IMG/VR virus record: IMGVR_UViG_3300014656_000008
Coordinates: 1 to 46,239 of that record
Origin: a virus
Lineage: Duplodnaviria; Caudoviricetes
DNA length: 46,239 nt
Reading direction: 5' to 3' (one strand)
The first letter of the stretch is position 1. Each line of letters begins with the position of its first letter. Of this stretch, positions 10,304 through 18,582 are shown piece by piece. The translations under genes were made by a program, and so were the position numbers. Below the pieces are notes generated by a model. That model worked only from the letters and a program-made list of their open reading frames with translations. It made no database searches and was not told where the DNA came from.

Positions 10304-10510
10304 TTACCTCTTGGGTTTGCCGTTCTGATCTGCCAGGGTCCCGTATGCCGGCGAGTAGCGCCATGAGGCAAAGGGGCAGTAAAAGTGCAGCCCTTGGCGG
10401 TATCCGTCGGTGGTCAAAGGGTTGGTATAGTCAGCTCTGTAAACACCGGCCCCCGTGCGCACGTACTCGAAGCCTCGCGCATAGCCCATGTTGCCGTGGG
10501 ATTCTGTCAT
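10304..10510 (-). CDS. Hypothetical early protein
   Basis: ATGA-coupled to the upstream gene. Confidence 0.5.
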   Translation of the reverse strand: MTESHGNMGYARGFEYVRTGAGVYRADYTNPLTTDGYRQGLHFYCPFASWRYSPAYGTLADQNGKPKR

Positions 10511-10908
10511 GGTCGTGTCACTGCGCGGCTGATGGCGGCCAACGCATCATCAAGCGCCTCTCGGGTCTCTTCTTCGTCGTAGTCGCCGGCAAGCGCCTCT
10601 TGTGTAACTCGAGCTAACGCTTGCAGGGCGTGGAGCAGCTCCGGTACGGCCTCTGGGTTGACCCCGGCACAGGCGTTGACAAGGGCCGCCAGAATTGCGG
10701 TCTTTGTCTCCTCCACGGTCCGGGAGCCGGTATACATCCTGTATCCGCACCGATGGAGAACGAGGTCTCCATGCAGCCCCACGCCCAGGACCCCACCGAC
10801 AGTTTCGTCGTCGGTGGCGATCACCCAGTCTTGCCCGGGATGAGCCGCGAAGATTTCCCGGGCTTTCTGGATCGCCTCATAAGGAGACGAGTAACTAATT
10901 TTCTTCAT
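10507..10908 (-). CDS. Hypothetical phage protein
   Basis: GAGGAGG RBS; NACAG...PELL motif common in phage hypotheticals. Confidence 0.7.
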   Translation of the reverse strand: MKKISYSSPYEAIQKAREIFAAHPGQDWVIATDDETVGGVLGVGLHGDLVLHRCGYRMYTGSRTVEETKTAILAALVNACAGVNPEAVPELLHALQALARVTQEALAGDYDEEETREALDDALAAISRAVTRP

Positions 10909-10995
10909 CCCTTCCCTCCTCGTGATAGGTTAATGTGCCCGGTGTTTGGTCAGTTCCCGGCACACCGGGCTGGAAGCCGGGGGAGGGCAAGCGCC

Positions 10996-11208
10996 CTAAG
11001 CGGGTTGCCCGGACGGTTTGACTTCATAGAGGGTCCACCATCCGCCAGCTATGATATAGCCGATGTGGAGAGTTGTCCCATCTTTTGTGTCTACGTATAT
11101 CTTGCGGGCCTGTCGCCTGTCGAGGCGTTCCATAAGTTCCTTGCGGGGATGCGGCCCCAAGTCATGCAGAGTTTCCCCGTACTGGTTGATTGCCATAAAC
11201 GTTTTCAT
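10996..11208 (-). CDS. Hypothetical phage protein
   Basis: GGAGG RBS; 70 aa. Confidence 0.7.
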   Translation of the reverse strand: MKTFMAINQYGETLHDLGPHPRKELMERLDRRQARKIYVDTKDGTTLHIGYIIAGGWWTLYEVKPSGQPA

Positions 11209-11240
11209 CGGGTTGTCCTCCTGGTATCAAGTTGTTCCAA

Positions 11241-11255
11241 GCGCAAGTCTTGCGC
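11241..11255. promoter_or_regulatory. Dispersed palindrome GCGCAAG-N1-2-CTTGCGC (first of at least 11 copies)
   Basis: Copies start at 11241, 13174, 17069, 19934, 21645, 23375, 24130, 27427, 28526, 33491, 36240. Confidence 0.75.
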
Positions 11256-11284
11256 ATGGCTACGCCGCTTCTCTGCCTTTCCTT

Positions 11285-11608
11285 TTACTGTGTGGCTTTG
11301 GCGATGGCGGCGCGAGCAAGTTCCACACCGTATGTGTCCTTGGGGAAGCACATAGGATGCTTGGCTGTGTACGCCTCTGCTTTAAAATCGTGCTCGGCAA
11401 CAAGTTCCTGCAGCGCCTCAAGCAGATCAGGACTTGCCGCTATCAGGCGGGCGTTGGCAATAATTTGATCGGAGGAACGCTCAGGCCATGAAATGACGGC
11501 GATGGGCCTACCACGGCTGTCTTCGATGGACCCGCAAGGCACATCCGTGCCATCTTCCGCAGAGTATCTGATGGGCTGATGCCATGATCCCGGTGTGTGC
11601 TGGCTCAT
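11285..11608 (-). CDS. Hypothetical phage protein (HTPGxW...ANARLIAAxPDLLEAL type)
   Basis: Widespread phage motif; GGAGGAG RBS. Confidence 0.8.
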   Translation of the reverse strand: MSQHTPGSWHQPIRYSAEDGTDVPCGSIEDSRGRPIAVISWPERSSDQIIANARLIAASPDLLEALQELVAEHDFKAEAYTAKHPMCFPKDTYGVELARAAIAKATQ

Positions 11609-11967
11609 AATTCTCCTCCGATTTGCCGACGTATCTCGCTGGCGAGCCGCTCGAGCAGTGGGCCCTCCCCGCAGATATCAACCAGTCCCCCGATCAGGCG
11701 ACGGTTGGGGCTGCCATCCGCGGTCGGCCAGTAGATGAGCTCGCGCCCGCCTACATGACCGATGTAATAGGGCCGCGCCGTGCGGAAGTCGTATCCACAT
11801 TTCCCGGTCCGCAAGGCGGCGGCAATCTCCCGCCCAAGGGCGCGTAGGTCGCCCTCAATCCGGTGCCATCGGGGGACGGTCTCTGAGTAGTGACGGTCAG
11901 TATTGACCGTCCGCTGCGCCTCAGCCTCCCAGCGGCGTAGCCGCTCAACCTGACGTTTCAGTCGCAT
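11605..11967 (-). CDS. Hypothetical protein
   Basis: GGAGG RBS before ATG 11967. Confidence 0.6.
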   Translation of the reverse strand: MRLKRQVERLRRWEAEAQRTVNTDRHYSETVPRWHRIEGDLRALGREIAAALRTGKCGYDFRTARPYYIGHVGGRELIYWPTADGSPNRRLIGGLVDICGEGPLLERLASEIRRQIGGEL

Positions 11968-12149
11968 GTTTCCTCCCGCCGGCGAAAAGCATGTGGATAC
12001 CGCCGGAGGGCGATGCGGGCCTGGACTCCCGGGGCGGCGGCATTGCCCAAGCAGGCATGCCAGCATCCCATGGGGAGGATGTACTCGTTCTCGTCGGGGG
12101 ACCAATAGGCCTCCCGGTCGCACCGATCGACTAGCTTCTCATACGTCAT
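11958..12149 (-). CDS. Hypothetical protein
   Basis: GAGGAGG RBS; 63 aa. Confidence 0.55.
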   Translation of the reverse strand: MTYEKLVDRCDREAYWSPDENEYILPMGCWHACLGNAAAPGVQARIALRRYPHAFRRREETCD

Positions 12150-12152
12150 GGC

Positions 12153-12362
12153 TCAGTCCTCCTCGTATGGGACGCCCAATACATCAGCGTCCCGGGTGCA
12201 CTCCGTTATCTCCAGCCCGCGCTTGCGGGCGATGTGCAGGCAGTTCTTGCACATCTCGGGCTCGATCCTAACGACCTCACCCGTGAGATAGCAGGGGCTG
12301 CGCCGACAGAGCCACCAACCAGATCGAGGGTTTGGCAGGTGGCGTTTTCTTGAGCGGATCAT
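12153..12362 (-). CDS. Small Cys-rich hypothetical protein
   Basis: GAGGAGG RBS; CxxxxC and CxxC motifs. Confidence 0.55.
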   Translation of the reverse strand: MIRSRKRHLPNPRSGWWLCRRSPCYLTGEVVRIEPEMCKNCLHIARKRGLEITECTRDADVLGVPYEED

Positions 12363-12595
12363 GGCTGCTCCTCCTCATAGACGGATTCCAAGGGTACGAT
12401 ACCCAATTCAGCAGCTCGCCTGGTAAGACGCGAGATGTCCCGCTTGACAATGGGAATCCACTGGATGCAATATGGCCCGTGGTTAACCGGGTCATCGGGA
12501 TAGTAGGCGTACAACTCGAGGTTGTGATGCCTGGGGGTCAGGCGGACAATGCGAAAACACTTGACCCGACGGTCAGTATCAGCATGCCATGCCAT
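12359..12595 (-). CDS. Hypothetical protein
   Basis: GAGGAGG RBS directly downstream of a hammerhead. Confidence 0.6.
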   Translation of the reverse strand: MAWHADTDRRVKCFRIVRLTPRHHNLELYAYYPDDPVNHGPYCIQWIPIVKRDISRLTRRAAELGIVPLESVYEEEQP

Positions 12596-12615
12596 GGTGC
12601 TCCTCCTCTGTTATG

Positions 12616-12667
12616 GCCTCATCAGCACGGGTCCATCCCGTGAACGCCCCAGGAGGGGCGTTTCGGC
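12616..12667 (-). ncRNA. Type II hammerhead ribozyme HH-a
   Basis: Minus strand: gcc GAAA cgcccc-ucc u-ggggcg UU cacggg-augga-cccgug CUGAUGA ggc; complete core, NUH triplet GUU. Confidence 0.9.
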
Positions 12668-12671
12668 AGGG

Positions 12672-12926
12672 TCAGCGACGTCCGTCTCTCACGTCACTGA
12701 CCGACAGTGCCGAGCACGTCGGCCCGTAGGGATGATAGGAATGCCCCTGCCGATCGTGGAATATACCGTCTGCATCCGAGACGAGGAGTGTGCGATCGCT
12801 ATAGCCTCCCTGTCGCTGGCAGCCCCGGTGATCCTTATCCAGGCAGGCCTCGACCGCTGCAACTATCCTGTGGAGATGGCGGCATCCGCCCCGGACGCTG
12901 CCCCAGGTGGTATATACTGCATGCAT
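12672..12926 (-). CDS. Hypothetical protein
   Basis: GAGGAGG RBS; GSVRGGCxHxH...GYSDR motif. Confidence 0.65.
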   Translation of the reverse strand: MHAVYTTWGSVRGGCRHLHRIVAAVEACLDKDHRGCQRQGGYSDRTLLVSDADGIFHDRQGHSYHPYGPTCSALSVSDVRDGRR

Positions 12927-12952
12927 CTCGTCCTCCTCTGTTAGGATGCCTA

Positions 12953-13147
12953 CTATGCAACTTCGTGGATGTACGCAAGCGCTTTGATGATCTTCCCGAG
13001 GTCGGCAATGGCAATACGTACAGTTTCCTCGGGGTCAACATTGGGATGTTTATCTGCAACTGTCTGGAGATCATACTGCAGGTTGCGCAACTTTTTAATG
13101 TTGGCATTCAGCGCAGTTGCGCTGAGCTCGTCCATACCTGCTTTCAT
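12953..13147 (-). CDS. Small helical hypothetical protein
   Basis: GGAGG RBS. Confidence 0.55.
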   Translation of the reverse strand: MKAGMDELSATALNANIKKLRNLQYDLQTVADKHPNVDPEETVRIAIADLGKIIKALAYIHEVA

Positions 13148-13194
13148 CTCGTCCTCCTACTAAGTGGTAGTTAGCGCAAGCTCTTGCGCATGGG

Positions 13195-13449
13195 CTACAG
13201 AGCTATTGTCTCAACATAGGGTGGCAGTTCCCGGCCTGGAGCTAAGTCCGCAGCCGTCAAGTATGGCCCCGCAGAGATGGGCCACAGAAATCCACGTCCG
13301 CCACCGGCCTTGCGAGCGGCACGGTCTAGAGCCCGTTCTGCCGCTGACCTTGTAGGGAAATAGGTGCGCCCGTGTTTGGCCCGGTTGCGATACAGCCGGG
13401 TGGCTTGAGAGCTACCAGTCAGACTGATTGCCGCGCCATAGATCGCCAT
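13195..13449 (-). CDS. Hypothetical protein
   Basis: GAGGAGG RBS. Confidence 0.55.
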   Translation of the reverse strand: MAIYGAAISLTGSSQATRLYRNRAKHGRTYFPTRSAAERALDRAARKAGGGRGFLWPISAGPYLTAADLAPGRELPPYVETIAL

Positions 13450-13476
13450 CCTCTTGTCCTCCTCTTCGGGTGTGTG

Positions 13477-13683
13477 CTACCATGCGCACGGCATATACCC
13501 TGCCTCAATGGCGTCCGCTTCCCTGTTCTCGGCTACCCATGCGCTCCAGCACTCGGTGCACTGGGTGAACTTCCCCTTGCGGGCGTACCCAATGGTGTCA
13601 CCCTTGCGGATCTCATGACCACAGGTCCCCCGACTGTGAAAGCGGGCTGTGATCTCGGCATAGTCGGAATACCTTGCGCTCAT
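13477..13683 (-). CDS. Small Zn-ribbon-like protein
   Basis: ARFxSxGTCGHxIxKGD...CxxC; GAGGAG RBS before ATG 13683. Confidence 0.65.
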   Translation of the reverse strand: MSARYSDYAEITARFHSRGTCGHEIRKGDTIGYARKGKFTQCTECWSAWVAENREADAIEAGYMPCAW

Positions 13684-13694
13684 CTCGTTCTCCT

Positions 13695-13898
13695 CTAGCC
13701 GTAGATGTGAAACGTGGACCTTGGGTTGTTCACTTTCTCCGAAGCGATACCACAGAGCCACTGGTCAACGTCGGCCTGGTCTGCAGGCGAGTCTATCGCC
13801 CCCTTAAGCCACTGTAGATACTGTTTCCAACATGAGGCAAATAGGCGGTCTGTACCGTCGAAATTCGCGCGCGCGGTCTTGCGGTCTGGGATTATCAT
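13695..13898 (-). CDS. Hypothetical protein
   Basis: GAGGAGGAGG RBS directly downstream of a hammerhead. Confidence 0.6.
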   Translation of the reverse strand: MIIPDRKTARANFDGTDRLFASCWKQYLQWLKGAIDSPADQADVDQWLCGIASEKVNNPRSTFHIYG

Positions 13899-13919
13899 GG
13901 CTCCTCCTCCTCGGTTATG

Positions 13920-13971
13920 GCCTCATCAGTACCGGGCTGTCCGGCAGACGGGCCCCCAGGCCCGTTTCGGC
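13920..13971 (-). ncRNA. Type II hammerhead ribozyme HH-b
   Basis: Minus strand: gcc GAAA cgggcc-uggg-ggcccg UC ugccgg-acagc-ccggua CUGAUGA ggc; GUC triplet; stems covary with HH-a and HH-c. Confidence 0.9.
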
Positions 13972-13976
13972 ACACG

Positions 13977-14225
13977 TCAGGCGGTGAGATACGGCGTGCG
14001 GTAAAGCACCTTGACCAGATGGTTCCGGACTTCATCGCGCGTCCACGCAGGGCTAAGACGGACGCCATGCGCTAACTCCATACCTGCAGGCGCCTCCGAA
14101 GCAACATCCAGCTCACCCGGCGCATAGTATGGATAGAACGCCCCCCATTCATTCATGCTCTGCTTTCGATACCATAGATCCGCAAGTACCGCTGCGTCCG
14201 TATGCATGTTCTGTGTCGCTGTCAT
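13977..14225 (-). CDS. Hypothetical protein flanked by two hammerheads
   Basis: GAGGAGG RBS before ATG 14225. Confidence 0.65.
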   Translation of the reverse strand: MTATQNMHTDAAVLADLWYRKQSMNEWGAFYPYYAPGELDVASEAPAGMELAHGVRLSPAWTRDEVRNHLVKVLYRTPYLTA

Positions 14226-14247
14226 GGCTACTCCTCCTCTACGTTGG

Positions 14248-14299
14248 GCCTCTTCAGCGTGGGTCCATCCCACGGACGCCCCAGGAGGGGCGTTTCGGC
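14248..14299 (-). ncRNA. Type II hammerhead ribozyme HH-c
   Basis: Minus strand: gcc GAAA cgcccc-uccu-ggggcg UC cguggg-augga-cccacg CUGAAGA ggc; GUC triplet. Confidence 0.9.
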
Positions 14300-14304
14300 G
14301 CGGG

Positions 14305-14490
14305 TCAGGAGCGGGAGAGCCGACGGATGATCTCGCCCCTCTCCTCCAGATACCGACGCCGTATATCCCCATATGTCGAATCGTCGGGTGCCGTATGGTC
14401 CAGCGCCGCCGCCACGGAGAGCAGGCGATTCAGACGGCTATGTGCCTCGATCCTCAAGTCCGCCTTCCTGAGTTCTGGGATACAGTTCAT
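14305..14490 (-). CDS. First gene of the leftward early operon, hypothetical
   Basis: GGAGG RBS; downstream of the promoter at 14565-14593. Confidence 0.55.
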   Translation of the reverse strand: MNCIPELRKADLRIEAHSRLNRLLSVAAALDHTAPDDSTYGDIRRRYLEERGEIIRRLSRS

Positions 14491-14564
14491 GGCCTTTACC
14501 CTCCATCTAGTCCTGCACGGCTGCTATCGAATCCACCACCGTCGGCCTGGATGACCGACACCAC

Positions 14565-14593
14565 AATATACGGCATACCCCATAATATGTCAA
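14565..14593 (-). promoter_or_regulatory. Sigma-70-type promoter of the early operon
   Basis: TTGACA-17 bp-TATATT on the minus strand. Confidence 0.8.
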
Positions 14594-14765
14594 GCGAAAT
14601 CTGCGGCAGGAGAAGAGAAAGGTCCACTGGACCCTGTACCCCCGGCGTAACCGGCCCCCGGAAGCATGGTTTTGGGGCATATGACCCACAAAAAATGCGG
14701 GACGTGGAGCCTACAGCTCGGCGCCTTCCACCCTACGCTCCAACAGCTTGGTATCAAGCTCGGCA

Positions 14766-14793
14766 AGTTTACATATGAGATATTATCAACGGT
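14766..14793 (-). other. dif-like XerC/D recombination site
   Basis: ACCGTTGATAA-TATCTC-ATATGTAAACT; 11-6-11 layout; right arm matches TTATGTAAACT at 10 of 11 positions. Confidence 0.55.
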
Positions 14794-15172
14794 TGCCGGT
14801 TCAATATTTACAAGGGTTTACGTCGATTGACCACCAAGTGGAGGGCCCGACCCCTACAGGTTGTGGGTGCCCCGGCCCCTCAGGAGGCGCTTGCCGCCAG
14901 GCCTGCTCCCCCCCAGGGGGCCGGAAGCGTTTCCCGTTTGGGGTATGGCTATGGGTCCCGATTCCGTGCCGGTGTTCATTTCAGCCAGTTGGTATGTCTT
15001 CGAAGGGGTCTAGGGCGCGCTGGTGCTGAAATGCGTCACTGTGCGGTTGTCCCGCTTGGTGGCAGGAATGCGCCAGTTAGCTGTGGTGTCTCTGCTCTGT
15101 GTGCGGTGTTGTCGTAGCCCGATGGTGGTGTTGCGGGGGTAGTTTTAGGGGGTCCACTGGTGGGTGTGGAAT

Positions 15173-15224
15173 GTTCTGTAACGGTTCTGTAACGGTTTGA
15201 CAAAGTTCGAAGGTGCTCTATAAT
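15173..15224 (+). promoter_or_regulatory. Consensus promoter preceded by tandem 11-bp direct repeats
   Basis: GTTCTGTAACG x2 abutting TTGACA-16 bp-TATAAT. Confidence 0.75.
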
Positions 15225-15312
15225 AGGGGCAGTTATTTGAAGCTGTCCCTATTTCTTCAGCTATTTGTCCGGTAGGGAAGTCTGCCGGGCTTTCATTTTC
15301 GTGGAGGCGAAG

Positions 15313-15504
15313 ATGCGGCAATATCTCACGAAACAGGAAGTGGCGGAGCGGTACCGAAACTCCGTTCACACGATCAGCGCGTGGGTTAAGGCAGGGTACA
15401 TCCCTTACGTCCGATGCGGCAGGCTGGTTCGGTTTGATGAAAGTTCTCTGGATCTATGGGACAAGCAGCGGGTCACTGATGGGCGGAGGTGCTACAAGAT
15501 GTAG
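15313..15504 (+). CDS. Excisionase-like (MerR/HTH_17) DNA-binding protein
   Basis: YLTKQEVAERY...TISAWVKAGYIPYVRCGRLVRF pattern; GGAGG RBS. Confidence 0.85.
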   Translation: MRQYLTKQEVAERYRNSVHTISAWVKAGYIPYVRCGRLVRFDESSLDLWDKQRVTDGRRCYKM

Positions 15505-15529
15505 TGGTATGGTGTTAGGGATTGCGGGG

Positions 15530-15766
15530 TTAGTAGTTCGGGGGTATACAAGATATGGTGGTATCAGTTAGGGGGCCGGTTTTGTCGATCCACTCCAGGA
15601 TATCTTCGAGTGTTTGGGCGTAGAATGTGCATCCTGCCCAGTAGTATCGGCCTTCTTTCTGGTTTGGGATATAGGTTACTCCCCAGCCTTTATATGCGAG
15701 GGTCCACTTTTTTCTATTGGGGGTGGTCTCTTTAGCGATCGCATCGAGCTCCTTATCTGTCAGCAT
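15530..15766 (-). CDS. Hypothetical protein
   Basis: AAGGAG RBS before ATG 15766. Confidence 0.55.
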   Translation of the reverse strand: MLTDKELDAIAKETTPNRKKWTLAYKGWGVTYIPNQKEGRYYWAGCTFYAQTLEDILEWIDKTGPLTDTTISCIPPNY

Positions 15767-15853
15767 GGGTGTCTCCTTGGGCTTTGTCCGTATCTGGAGC
15801 CGTATTTGTGGAGATCGTGCGTTCTGGGGCCTGTTAGGGGCCTTGTAGGGCAT

Positions 15854-16135
15854 TCAGCGCCTCCACCAGTACGGCTCCGGGATGATGCGCCACAGTATCC
15901 AGCAGGCGGGTATCAGGGCCAGCGGCAGCCACCAGGGGGCTCCGAAGACCCACAGCAGGCCCCAGAGGGCGCCGGTCTGCGAGTAGAGCTGGAGTCTGCC
16001 CCAGGCGTGGTGTACGTCCGTCAGGGGCCAGGGGAGCTTGGACTGTGGCCGCTTGTAGCGGACGGCGTTGGTGGTGTCGGTCATCTTCTTGGCATAGACA
16101 CCCAGCAGTATCAGGAACGTCAGCAGGTAGATCAT
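15854..16135 (-). CDS. Small Trp-rich membrane protein
   Basis: AAGGAGG RBS before ATG 16135; several hydrophobic helices. Confidence 0.65.
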   Translation of the reverse strand: MIYLLTFLILLGVYAKKMTDTTNAVRYKRPQSKLPWPLTDVHHAWGRLQLYSQTGALWGLLWVFGAPWWLPLALIPACWILWRIIPEPYWWRR

Positions 16136-16871
16136 GGGACCTCCTTGAATAAGCCCGGTGCCGATCCGAGAAACGCGCCTCCGGGCCACTGCGCCACGTG
16201 GACTGCTCCGTGTGGGTGAAATCGGCCTTACAATCGTGCAGGCCCTCAACTGCCTGTTTCAGGGCCGTTATCGGCGATTCCGTCATCGGACTTCTCTGGA
16301 TCCTGCACCAAGGCGCTTCTCAATCCCTCAAGACTTGCAGTCAGTTTCGCCATCAGTGTGGCGAACTCAGCACTGGACATGGGAACTGGCATCCTGAGAA
16401 TCGCCTGCCTGCTTCCCCCTAAGAAGATCGGCAGATCGAAGTCATTGCGGTCCTGTGCAATCGTAGAGGCCATCGGCTTTTTTTCTTCCGAAAACGAGCG
16501 GGACTCAGAGGACGTAGCGCTCGCAGACCAAAGCATTCCTGGCGAGCTGCAACTCGTCAGTGAGCCCCGTGATCTACACGAGGGTCTCATGCCTTGATCC
16601 GAACCCGTTGAATCCAACAATTTCGGTCACAGCATGGGGCAAGTCAAGAACTTTCTTCGAGAGGAGATGCCGATAGGGCTATCCCGAAGAAGAAGTACCC
16701 GCCCCCGCCTCCCGGCTATCGGATTGAATTTCGGTACCAGGTGAAACTTCCTGATGGGAGGGAAGTCACCGCGCCCGAATTGGGCGTGAAGGGGATTCCA
16801 ATCACCGTGAAGGACAGTAGCTAACCCTTTTCCTTGGGGCCTGGTCCGTGCCGGGGTGATCAGGCCCCAAA

Positions 16872-17090
16872 TTAGGACACTACCCGAAGTTCGACCTTCA
16901 CGACCCGCAGACCGGCACGGTAGCACTCGGGCCAGGAGTCATGAATTACCACTTCGGCCCACCAGCGTGCACCACGGGCTGTCGGCTGGAGCCTATCCCA
17001 CAGTTTGTCGATCTTCGCATCGTAGATGGTCCACCTAACCACAGGAGGCCGCACCACAGCAGTCTCACGCGCAAGCTCTTGCGCTCTCAT
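16872..17090 (-). CDS. Hypothetical protein
   Basis: GAGGAGG RBS before ATG 17090. Confidence 0.55.
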   Translation of the reverse strand: MRAQELARETAVVRPPVVRWTIYDAKIDKLWDRLQPTARGARWWAEVVIHDSWPECYRAGLRVVKVELRVVS

Positions 17091-17161
17091 CGGGACCTCC
17101 TCGGAAACAGTGCCATCGCGGCCAGGCGCGGGGATCATCGCTCAGGGGCATCGCCGGTGTC

Positions 17162-17479
17162 CTATGGTTCGTATGGCTCATAATCACCTTCTGCGAACAT
17201 ACGTGCGTGTTCATCGGCCTCAGAGTCGGTTGTGAATCGACGTCTTCGTCCTCTCTGCGCGTTCTGCCAGAACATCATGCAGAAGTTGGCTACATCCACC
17301 ACCTCCGCTGCCGCATCTTCTTCGTTGCCCTCCCTGAGTTCTTTCGCCACCTCGTTGACTTCCTGGCGGATGCGCTTGAGAATTTCGTCCAGGGACATAT
17401 ACGACCACCATGTCTTGTTCCTGTTCATCTGGAGCACCCGCTCCATCGCATCACAGAAGGCGAAGTCAAGCAGTGCCAT
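17162..17479 (-). CDS. MazG-like/all-alpha nucleotide pyrophosphohydrolase
   Basis: QEVNEV...AEVVDVANFCMM fits the ExxE...ExxD metal-binding pattern. Confidence 0.65.
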   Translation of the reverse strand: MALLDFAFCDAMERVLQMNRNKTWWSYMSLDEILKRIRQEVNEVAKELREGNEEDAAAEVVDVANFCMMFWQNAQRGRRRRFTTDSEADEHARMFAEGDYEPYEP

Positions 17480-17660
17480 CGCCGGTGTCCTCCTTCAGGG
17501 TCTGTCTATAAGCGTCGTCGATAGCCTGACGCAGAGTTTTCCCTTGGCCGAGAATACACTCTTCGGTCAGGATTCCGTAGTTTCCGTCCCGGAAATGTGC
17601 TATACCGGTCTGTGTTGATAACCAGTTGAGTCGCTGTTTGTCTGTCAGTCTATGCGCCAT
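17466..17660 (-). CDS. Hypothetical protein (TDxxRLxWL...LRxAID type)
   Basis: Common phage motif; AAGGAGG RBS. Confidence 0.65.
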   Translation of the reverse strand: MAHRLTDKQRLNWLSTQTGIAHFRDGNYGILTEECILGQGKTLRQAIDDAYRQTLKEDTGDGTA

Positions 17661-18582
17661 CGCCGGTGTCCTCCTTCCTCGGGATATTCCGCGCCCACGG
17701 CATCCATAACAGATTGCGTGCCTTGAAGCCGAATTCATCTTCTGGTGCCACTTCTTCTTCCCACTCTGCTAGCAGCCGCACGACCTCGGCGAGGCGACGC
17801 TCCAGAGTCCGCATGTCCTGTGCTTGTGCTAGGATTAGTTCTTTGTCGGCCACAGACCCACTGCGCTCCAGGACCTCGTTGTTGTCACCCCCGCCGGTGG
17901 GTTCGCCAAGTTCGGCATACTTGTTATCGTCACTCCATGCGCCTGTGTAAGACTCCGGCAGCGGCGTCTTATACTGCGGATGAAGCTCAGGCAACGGGGC
18001 TATGTGAGCATCACCGCTATCACAGCAAGAGTCACCACCACCGCCACCCATACCACGAGCAACATCTTCGTTCCCGCACTCATCGCTCCCGTCCTTTCCG
18101 CCCCGGAGGGCCGAAATACCGTCAAGAAGATGCGCCACCGCTTTCTGCTCGGCGGATAGCCTGCGGTCGGCTTTGGCAAGAGCTTCCCTGGCCTGCGACA
18201 GTTCACTGCGCAAATCCACCACGTAGTTCTCTGGCTGGTAACTCTCACCGTCCAGAAATGCTCGCAGCCGCTCGTTGTCGGCGCGGAGGCGGGCTGCCTC
18301 CAAATACCAGTGCTTATACCGGCCCCTCAACCGGTTCGATAGTTGCTCCCGATCCGCCTCGGCTTTATCCTCCAAAACTATTTCCTCGCACCATGATGCG
18401 GGTAGTGCTTCGGCATGATCGCTCATGCCTCTGATCTGCGCCTCCGCATCACGCAGGGCGGACTGTAGTTCCCCGATGATGCGGATGGCACAGTCTCCTG
18501 CGCCCTCGCTCTGTGACGGCTCCCCTTCCACGTTGGCCATGATGTAGTTGGCCAACTTCTCGGTCTGGTCACTCGCACTCAT
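17650..18582 (-). CDS. Coiled-coil hypothetical protein, probably a mosaic fusion
   Basis: 310 aa; contains an internal copy of a gene-junction repeat at 18081-18111. Confidence 0.55.
   Translation of the reverse strand: MSASDQTEKLANYIMANVEGEPSQSEGAGDCAIRIIGELQSALRDAEAQIRGMSDHAEALPASWCEEIVLEDKAEADREQLSNRLRGRYKHWYLEAARLRADNERLRAFLDGESYQPENYVVDLRSELSQAREALAKADRRLSAEQKAVAHLLDGISALRGGKDGSDECGNEDVARGMGGGGGDSCCDSGDAHIAPLPELHPQYKTPLPESYTGAWSDDNKYAELGEPTGGGDNNEVLERSGSVADKELILAQAQDMRTLERRLAEVVRLLAEWEEEVAPEDEFGFKARNLLWMPWARNIPRKEDTGDGA

Noticed and set aside
10985-11005. Pistol ribozyme (GCCCTAAGCG)
   Set aside because: On the non-coding strand, overlaps a stop codon, and lacks the P1 pseudoknot and AAAUA linker.
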